Shown here one piece after another: positions 1 through 5,318 of a stretch of 10,942 nucleotides of DNA. The translations under genes were made by a program, and so were the position numbers. The first letter of the stretch is position 1. Every line of letters begins with the position of its first letter. This stretch comes from Candidatus Wukongarchaeum yapensis (GTDB taxonomy: Archaea > Asgardarchaeota > Wukongarchaeia > Wukongarchaeales > Wukongarchaeaceae). Location: positions 1-10,942 of the forward strand of contig JAEOSI010000057.1 in NCBI GenBank assembly GCA_016840425.1, read 5' to 3'. Below the pieces are notes generated by a model that was not told where the DNA came from, searched no databases, and saw nothing but the letters and a program-made list of their open reading frames with translations.

Positions 1-13
1 TCGACCTAGTCGT

Positions 14-967
14 GTGAAAAATTTTCTGAAAACGTTAACAATCGTTATTATGGTGCTTTTGAACGGTTTTCTTCTTAGAGCTCTTGTAGGGGTTTTTGTT
101 TGGTGGATTGTTGGCTTCTTGGTTTCTTCAGCCATTGGTATAAGGATCATGTATCCTTTTGTGAGACGGATAATGGTGCCGAAGAGGAAGACCCTTGAGG
201 GAGTTGTTAAAGGGGAGTTTTTCTCGAATAAAGCTGTTAATACCAAGGAGTTAACGTGGAAAGAAGCCTTCTTTGAAGAAGGTTGGAAGAAGTTCCGAAT
301 GCCTACCCTCACAATATTCGGGATTTTAAGCATAATGTTGACCCTTACTTCGGAGACTTTGGGTTTAACAGAGGGGGATATCACGCTTGAAACTGTTGCT
401 TTTGTTTGGGGTGGAGCGTTTTTATGGGTGATCTTATTCGCCCCCGTAGTAGTCGCATTCTTCCCCGTAATTTGGCTTACTTCGGACTCAGGATGGCTGC
501 TTTTCGATGAAGAAACCCATAAAATCATAAGCGTGGGAGAAAAAGGACAAGAGTTCATAAAAGGTCTAGCTAGCTTTGGAGTAGTTCTAGCTTTCATAAT
601 AAAAGCCACCCACATATTCGGCATCGTTGACGCCATCATCTTCATGACCTTAGTATTAGTTTTAGCCGCTCCTCCAACTTACCTAACCACCGTTATCTAC
701 TTCAAGAAGTTCCATTTTAAATTCGTGAAAAAATTCGCAAAAAGACTCCAAGACTACATTATTCCAGCCGGCGATTATCAAGTTGATTTAAAAATTGGCG
801 GAACGCCAGTAAAAATTGCTGAATCGCCTAACCCCACATCAACACCTTTACCCTTTAAAACTCAGCAGATCAGTGACAATCAATCACTAAGCGATCCATT
901 ATCGATCAAAAAGTTCGGACAACCATCAACCGACCGCAAACTCCCTCTTTCCGTGTTCCTCTTATGA
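14..967 (+). CDS. Hypothetical multi-pass membrane protein (~6 predicted TM helices), possibly 5'-truncated by the window edge
   Basis: 317-aa ORF with GTG at 14, but the frame is open back to position 2 (no upstream stop), so the true start may lie outside the window. Several long hydrophobic segments and a P/S/T/Q-rich soluble C-terminal tail. No recognisable catalytic motif. Confidence 0.72.
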   Translation: MKNFLKTLTIVIMVLLNGFLLRALVGVFVWWIVGFLVSSAIGIRIMYPFVRRIMVPKRKTLEGVVKGEFFSNKAVNTKELTWKEAFFEEGWKKFRMPTLTIFGILSIMLTLTSETLGLTEGDITLETVAFVWGGAFLWVILFAPVVVAFFPVIWLTSDSGWLLFDEETHKIISVGEKGQEFIKGLASFGVVLAFIIKATHIFGIVDAIIFMTLVLVLAAPPTYLTTVIYFKKFHFKFVKKFAKRLQDYIIPAGDYQVDLKIGGTPVKIAESPNPTSTPLPFKTQQISDNQSLSDPLSIKKFGQPSTDRKLPLSVFLL

Positions 968-1067
968 GGAGCACCAACATTTTTTAGTTTGTTATAAGCT
1001 TCTCATAATATTATTATTTCCCTTATTTTTCTCTACAAGATTTTCTAAGATTCTATTTACATTAAAG

Positions 1068-1110
1068 TCGCAGAAAGCCAACGGCTTCTTTGGTCGTTGG
1101 ATGAATGCGA
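1068..1110 (+). repeat. IS200/IS605 left-end subterminal hairpin
   Basis: Inner stem CCAACGGC(1078-1085)/GTCGTTGG(1093-1100) with one G-T pair; outer stem TCGCA(1068-1072)/TGCGA(1106-1110); AAAG guide tetranucleotide immediately 5' of the inner stem. Confidence 0.75.
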
Positions 1111-1113
1111 TAG

Positions 1114-1121
1114 CTTAAATA
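1114..1121 (+). promoter_or_regulatory. Putative archaeal TATA box inside the element left end
   Basis: CTTAAATA lies at -30..-23 relative to G1144, where the GC-rich structured region begins; a T-rich tract (1123-1137) lies between. Inferred from sequence only. Confidence 0.45.
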
Positions 1122-1418
1122 GTTTGTTTTCTTTTTTAAGAACGGTCATGCCGCACAGCATGGTGGCAGGGTGGGTAAGACGAGGACAATATCAGTATAG
1201 GCCTCGGTGCTGTGCATTCACCCGAAAGGGTGCAAAGGCATCCGCAATGCGGCGATAAGCGTGAAACCCACGCCGGAAGAAGGGATAGCGCTAACGAGCA
1301 GCTGACTAGGCTCGTGTTTCTCTCCAAGTTGGGAACACTTGAAAGACACCCCTTTGAAAGACTTGGATAAAGAGAGGCATAAACCAAAAGCTTGTTGGGA
1401 AGCGGCTCACCAACAGGG

Positions 1419-1452
1419 GAACCTCACTGCTTTAGCGGTGGGAGGAAGTTAG
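1419..1452 (+). repeat. IS200/IS605 right-end subterminal hairpin and terminus
   Basis: GAAC + CTCACTGC-TTTA-GCGGTGGG (8 bp including 2 G-T pairs) + AGGAAGTTAG. Resembles the common '...TTTAG...GGAGGA.GTCA' right ends of IS605/IS1341 elements. The exact end is uncertain by about 2 nt. Confidence 0.78.
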
Positions 1453-1455
1453 CTC

Positions 1456-1479
1456 GTATGACAAGAATCATACTTTTTT
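1456..1479 (+). terminator. Putative terminator (hairpin + T6) just outside the element right end
   Basis: GTATGA-caagaa-TCATAC (1456-1473) followed by TTTTTT (1474-1479). Confidence 0.4.
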
Positions 1480-1483
1480 ATGG

Positions 1484-1497
1484 GGAAACTTTTTAAA
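1484..1497 (+). promoter_or_regulatory. Possible BRE/TATA upstream of the prenyltransferase gene
   Basis: GGAAAC-TTTTTAAA resembles a purine-rich BRE plus TATA box; a second TATA-like motif (TAATATAATA) lies at 1551-1560. Confidence 0.33.
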
Positions 1498-1532
1498 GGG
1501 CTAGGTTTTTACACTTTTTGGCTTTAATCAAA

Positions 1533-1554
1533 ATTACCACTAATAAGTGGTAAT
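1533..1554. promoter_or_regulatory. Perfect 9-bp inverted repeat, candidate transcription-factor operator
   Basis: ATTACCACT-aata-AGTGGTAAT, overlapping the TATA-like motif at 1551-1560 upstream of the menA-like gene. Confidence 0.45.
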
Positions 1555-1581
1555 ATAATAGGAACTTTTCGGATAATCAAA

Positions 1582-2559
1582 ATGCCGATTGTACTGATCC
1601 ATATAGTGGGTTGGATCTTTATGCAAACGCCGTTTTTAACTTTAAGATCTCGATTTGTGATATGGTTAAAAGTGAGTCGTGCTAATTTTATTCCAGGAGC
1701 TCTTTTTCCATTCTTGGTTGGGAGTGTATTCGCTTGGTCTTTTGAAAACGCTTTTAGCTGGAGATTGTTAACCTTAGGCTTATTGGGGGTTTTCTTAACA
1801 ATCCTCGGTACAAATCTTTTAAACGAATACTATGATTATAAGAGCGGGGCGGATGTTTTAAACACAAGTTTTAACAAATTTTCAGGGGGTTCAAGAGTTC
1901 TTCCTGAAGGATTATTAGCACCCGAAAAAGTCGTTATAGTATCCCTAATATCTTTCTCCTTAGTTTTTTTAATAGCAATATACTTATCATATATTACAAC
2001 TTGGGTCTTGCTTCCTCTTGCAACTTTCGGCATTTTTAGTGGTGCATTTTATACAGCAAGCCCCATACAAACTGGTTATAAAGGTGTAGGAGAATTTTTC
2101 ATAGCTTTAAGTTTTGGCTGGTTATGTGTAACCTGTGGGTATATTGTACAAACAAGTTCTATTGCAGCTGAGCCCCAAATACTCTCCATACCATTGAGCA
2201 TTACTATTTTTCTAGTGATCCTAATAAACGAATTACCCGATTATCAAGCAGACAAAAAGGCGGGGAAAAACACCATGGTAGTAAAAATCGGCCCAGAAAA
2301 ATCAGCAAAAATCTATACTTTATTAACACTACTAGTTTACATATCAATCATCCTTATCACGTTGTTCTTATCGGCATTATCTCTACTTCTTGCCCTTCTT
2401 ACGTTACCCATTGCAATAAAATCAATACAAAATATAAAACTATACAAAGATCACGAAATCTTAGAAAAAACATGCGGAATGACCATCGGAATACATATAC
2501 TAACAAGTCTTCTCCTCATAATAGGTCTCGTAATCCACCAATATCAGTTAATACCCTGA
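1582..2559 (+). CDS. menA: UbiA-superfamily prenyltransferase, MenA/UBIAD1-like (1,4-dihydroxy-2-naphthoate polyprenyltransferase)
   Basis: Motifs NEYYDYKSGAD...GGSRVL and INELPDYQADKKAGKNTMVVKIG (the two Asp-rich motifs in MenA-type spacing); ~8-9 TM helices. The real start may be the ATG at 1621. Confidence 0.82.
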   Translation: MPIVLIHIVGWIFMQTPFLTLRSRFVIWLKVSRANFIPGALFPFLVGSVFAWSFENAFSWRLLTLGLLGVFLTILGTNLLNEYYDYKSGADVLNTSFNKFSGGSRVLPEGLLAPEKVVIVSLISFSLVFLIAIYLSYITTWVLLPLATFGIFSGAFYTASPIQTGYKGVGEFFIALSFGWLCVTCGYIVQTSSIAAEPQILSIPLSITIFLVILINELPDYQADKKAGKNTMVVKIGPEKSAKIYTLLTLLVYISIILITLFLSALSLLLALLTLPIAIKSIQNIKLYKDHEILEKTCGMTIGIHILTSLLLIIGLVIHQYQLIP

Positions 2560-2619
2560 TACTCTCTCAAAAACTCCCTTTTTTAAAAACAAAAAAATTA
2601 TAAAAAGATAAACATTAGC

Positions 2620-2826
2620 TTAACTTCTTTCTCCTTTATTTTTTCGATAAACATAAAAAAATAAAAGGTATAGAAAGCAGAAAATAATGCCAAAAATAAT
2701 AACTATGAATAATATCTCCTCAAGAGGGTTTACGTACTGTAAAAAACCGATAAAAATCAGACTGATAATCAACCAACCTATATACACTAACGGAGAATCT
2801 TCACTTTGCTCTAACTTCTCTAACAT
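2620..2826 (-). CDS. Small hypothetical membrane protein (68 aa, 2 TM helices, basic C-terminus)
   Basis: ATG at 2826 preceded by a GGTGA Shine-Dalgarno (reverse complement of TCACC, ~2837-2841); two hydrophobic helices. Confidence 0.68.
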   Translation of the reverse strand: MLEKLEQSEDSPLVYIGWLIISLIFIGFLQYVNPLEEILFIVIIFGIIFCFLYLLFFYVYRKNKGERS

Positions 2827-3002
2827 TTATCTGCTTTCACCAAGCAAAAAGGTCATTAGTATCTTTTCATTAATTCCAATAAAATTCTCAATAATGTTTT
2901 TGGGAGCCTTCTTATTCTTTTCTCCTTTCTTTTTTTAGTTTACTAATCGCATTCTATTTTTTGTTAATCTGCATCTGATGAGTTTAGTTATTTTTCCTTT
3001 CT

Positions 3003-3500
3003 TTAAGGATATTGTCTTCTTTTTTCGGTTTTTCTACGGCGTTTTGCTCTACCAGTCGATTCAGCTATGACTGCGAAAATCAAAAACAGAATAGGTGCCA
3101 AAATTATTAACATAAGAATCAATACTAGCAGTGGCACAGTCCAAGGAAGGAAAAATACGATCACAGAAAACAAAACTAGAATAAACAGAATAAAGATTAT
3201 CTGGCCCAAAATCCATCCGAAACCGCAAAGTGATGACTCTCCTTTCCGCGTTATTATTCTTCCAGTAGCCACGCCTTCATGCCACTTTTCAGCTGCAAGA
3301 GCCCTCAATTCAGCGCCACAATTTGAACAATATTCTGCGAAAACTTCCTCTTTTTTTCCGCAATATGGGCAAACTAAAAACTTCTTTTCACGTTCTTTTT
3401 TTTCTTTTCTTATTTTTGAAAGGTCTGCACCACAATGTTCGCAAAAATCATATCCCTCCCGTATGGCAGAACCGCAGAAAGGGCAGTAATAAATACTCAA
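3003..3500 (-). CDS. Double zinc-ribbon (DZR) membrane protein, 165 aa
   Basis: Four CxxC pairs (CPFC, CEHC, CPYC, CSNC), two TM helices and an R/K-rich tail. Start reassigned from 3608 to the TTG at 3500, which has a GAGGTG Shine-Dalgarno 7 nt upstream (3508-3513). Confidence 0.8.
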   Translation of the reverse strand: MSIYYCPFCGSAIREGYDFCEHCGADLSKIRKEKKEREKKFLVCPYCGKKEEVFAEYCSNCGAELRALAAEKWHEGVATGRIITRKGESSLCGFGWILGQIIFILFILVLFSVIVFFLPWTVPLLVLILMLIILAPILFLIFAVIAESTGRAKRRRKTEKRRQYP

Positions 3501-3569
3501 GCTAAAACACCTCTTAACAGGTGAAAAACAGTAAGAAATCAAATTTGTTCTTAAAATAAAATTAGCTAA

Positions 3570-3758
3570 ATAATATTTAATCCGTTCGGTGACCGAGCCC
3601 TTATGCATCTTGCAGACACGATTTTAAACTTTTATCTCATAAAGGATAGAGGCAACAATTACTTGACAAAGATCGAAAGTTTTGGTAGAAACTTAACAAA
3701 ACTATCATCGTTGCTGATGGAAATCGAAAACAACAAAATAAAAATAAGCGAACTCTAA
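3570..3758 (+). pseudogene. Possible fragment of a RecA/RadA/KaiC-superfamily ATPase C-terminus
   Basis: Open frame not in the ORF track: IIFNPFGDRALMHLADTILNFYLIKDRGNNYLTKIESFGRN...KISEL* (ATG at 3603 gives 51 aa). G-x-x-x-L-x-H-x-A-D-x-I-L resembles the late conserved motif of RecA-fold proteins. No Walker A/B is present and similarity is by eye only. Confidence 0.25.
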
Positions 3759-3815
3759 CTCCCGTATTACTTTTTTTTCTTGTACATGTTTTAAGATAGT
3801 GTCATGTTCTTAATG

Positions 3816-3823
3816 TTTATAAA
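3816..3823 (+). promoter_or_regulatory. Possible TATA box for the EndoQ-like gene
   Basis: TTTATAAA about 43 nt upstream of the ATG at 3866. Confidence 0.33.
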
Positions 3824-3865
3824 TAATGCGTGTTTTTAGAGATTTTAAAGTAAAATAGGGCATTA

Positions 3866-5281
3866 ATGATGCGTGTCATAGCTGATTTTCACGTTCATTC
3901 CCCTTATTCTCGAGCTACTTCTCAAAAAATAAGAATAAATGACCTTTATAGAAACGGTAAATTAAAGGGTTTAAACCTGATTGGTACCGGAGACGTTATC
4001 CACAAGGCTTGGAGAGAAGAACTGGAGAAAAGTCTCGATTTTTCAAAAGATTATGGTCTCTACTTATCTAAAAAAAGTCTACGTGAAGTTAACGATCAAA
4101 ACATCTTTTTTATACCTACCACTGAGGTAAACTGTATTTTCTCTAAAGAAGAGTTGAAAGATTCAAGTAAAAAGAGGAAGTCGAACAGGAAACAGATCCA
4201 TCATTTAATAATTATGCCTGATTTAAAGACTGCAGAAGAAGTTTCAAAAGTTTTATCAAAGTTTGGTAAAATGGATGCTGATGGCAGGCCGGACCTTCAT
4301 ATTTCCCCTGCAAAACTCGTAGAGATTCTTATGTCAATATCTTCAAACATCGTTATAGTGCCTGCTCACATCTGGACTCCTTGGTACTCTCTTTTCGGAG
4401 CTTTTAGCGGGTTTAACTCAATAGCTGAATGTTACGAAGACCAATTAAAACACATCTATGCTTTGGAAACAGGTTTGTCAAGCGATCCTCCGATGAATTG
4501 GCGTCTTAGTCAACTTGATGATTTTCTCCTTGTTTCGAACAGTGATGCTCACTCGGCTAATCCTTGGCGCCTTGGAAGAGAAGCCAACATTTTTGAACTT
4601 GAAGAGCTCTCTTGTGAAACCCTGATAAAAGCTTTAAAAAAACGGAGTTCAGAAGGGAAAAATAAGCTTTCAGCAACCATCGAAGTCTACCCAGACTTAG
4701 GAAAATATCATTACACAGGTCATAGAAAGTGCGGTGTAAACCTCTCTCCTGACGAAGCTTTAAAAATAGATAATAAATGCCCTGTATGCGGTCGTTCTCT
4801 GACCATTGGCGTCATGCAAAGAGTTGAACAACTGGCAGACCGCTCCCAAAAATTCACCCATAAAAATAAGCCTGGTTTCATTTCAACCCTCCCCCTCCAT
4901 GAAATTTTATCCACGGTTCACGGAATCACTACTTATCACTCAAAAACCCTTTGGAAAGCCTATTATGAGATAGTTGAAGCGACAGGTTCGGAATTCAACG
5001 CCCTAATATTTACGCCAGAAGAAGTTTTAGAAAAAACCGTTCCAAGAGAAGTTTTTAAAATGATAACAGCCCTAAGGAAGAATAAAATCAGGTTAAAACC
5101 AGGCTTCGACGGAGAATACGGAAAAATAATCACCGAGGAGAAAATGGGGGAAATTTATTCTCCCTCCCTTGAACAACAGAAAAAACAAAAACAACAACAA
5201 GAAATAAAAAAGAGTACCAAACCTGCTCCTAAAGAGTCAAAAAAGCATCAAAAATTAACCATTCTTGACGAGTTTCTCTAA
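3866..5281 (+). CDS. endoQ: Endonuclease Q family / PHP-domain DNA repair endonuclease (TIGR00375-like)
   Basis: N-terminal DFHVHSPYSRATS, GTGD, PAHIWTPW, ETGLSSD, SNSDAHS PHP motifs; Zn-finger GHRKC...CPVCG; PG(F)DGEYG near the C-terminus; Q/K-rich linker ending in LTILDEFL. Confidence 0.85.
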   Translation: MMRVIADFHVHSPYSRATSQKIRINDLYRNGKLKGLNLIGTGDVIHKAWREELEKSLDFSKDYGLYLSKKSLREVNDQNIFFIPTTEVNCIFSKEELKDSSKKRKSNRKQIHHLIIMPDLKTAEEVSKVLSKFGKMDADGRPDLHISPAKLVEILMSISSNIVIVPAHIWTPWYSLFGAFSGFNSIAECYEDQLKHIYALETGLSSDPPMNWRLSQLDDFLLVSNSDAHSANPWRLGREANIFELEELSCETLIKALKKRSSEGKNKLSATIEVYPDLGKYHYTGHRKCGVNLSPDEALKIDNKCPVCGRSLTIGVMQRVEQLADRSQKFTHKNKPGFISTLPLHEILSTVHGITTYHSKTLWKAYYEIVEATGSEFNALIFTPEEVLEKTVPREVFKMITALRKNKIRLKPGFDGEYGKIITEEKMGEIYSPSLEQQKKQKQQQEIKKSTKPAPKESKKHQKLTILDEFL

Positions 5282-5318
5282 ACCTGAAGTGCTAAAAAAC
5301 TAAAAGGTTTTCTTTGTT

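Larger units (their letters stand above)
1061..1452 (+). mobile_element. Non-autonomous IS200/IS605-family mini-element (PATE/MITE-like), no tnpA or tnpB ORF
   Basis: Left end: TTAC (1057-1060) outside the element, AAAG (1074-1077) at the foot of hairpin CCAACGGC/GTCGTTGG (1078-1100). Right end: GAAC (1419-1422) at the foot of hairpin CTCACTGC-TTTA-GCGGTGGG (1423-1442), then 10 nt ending in TTAG (1449-1452). This matches the IS608-type guide/cleavage-site geometry (AAAG->TTAC; GAAC->TCNG). No terminal inverted repeats or target duplication. Interior is 53% GC (160/300 by hand count, 1141-1440) against AT-rich flanks. Confidence 0.78.
1144..1479 (+). ncRNA. Putative TnpB-type omegaRNA/reRNA (structured scaffold plus ~20-27 nt flank-derived guide)
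   Basis: Many stems on the + strand: CATGC/GCATG (1147-1162), CACCC-GAAA-GGGTG (1219-1232, GNRA loop), CCGC/GCGG (1242-1252), GCGTG/CACGC (1259-1273), ACGAGC/GCTCGT (1294-1315), TCCAAGT/ACTTGGA (1323-1367), TGTTGG/CCAACA (1393-1415), and the RE hairpin. No credible ORF. The sequence ends at an IS200/605 right end, where TnpB omegaRNAs are known to arise. Boundaries are inferred. Confidence 0.52.

Noticed and set aside
1339-1362. Direct repeat TTGAAAGAC x2, resembling CRISPR repeat 3' ends
   Set aside because: Only two 9-nt copies 6 nt apart, no spacer-length intervals and no cas genes; probably part of the RNA stem architecture.
1136-1387. 83-aa minus-strand ORF inside the mini-element
   Set aside because: S/L/C/P-rich composition with no motif; it coincides with the hairpin-dense RNA region and is better explained as a chance frame in GC-rich DNA.
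1144-1452. RNase P RNA, SRP RNA, group II intron or IscB-type HEARO identity for the structured region
   Set aside because: No RNase P P4 pair at both ends (GAGGAAGT occurs only at the 3' end), no SRP helix-8 motif recognised, no domain V, and no HEARO CTACGTT/AACATTG pairing; the IS200/605 ends explain it better.
2975-2981. C-box-like CTGATGA suggesting a C/D sRNA
   Set aside because: No D box (CTGA) at a suitable distance downstream.
3501-3608. N-terminal extension of the zinc-ribbon ORF given in the track
   Set aside because: A strong SD precedes TTG 3500 and the extension runs through AT-rich promoter-like DNA.
3785-3813. Short direct repeat CATGTT(T/C)TTAA upstream of endoQ
   Set aside because: Two imperfect AT-rich copies only; insufficient support for a binding site.
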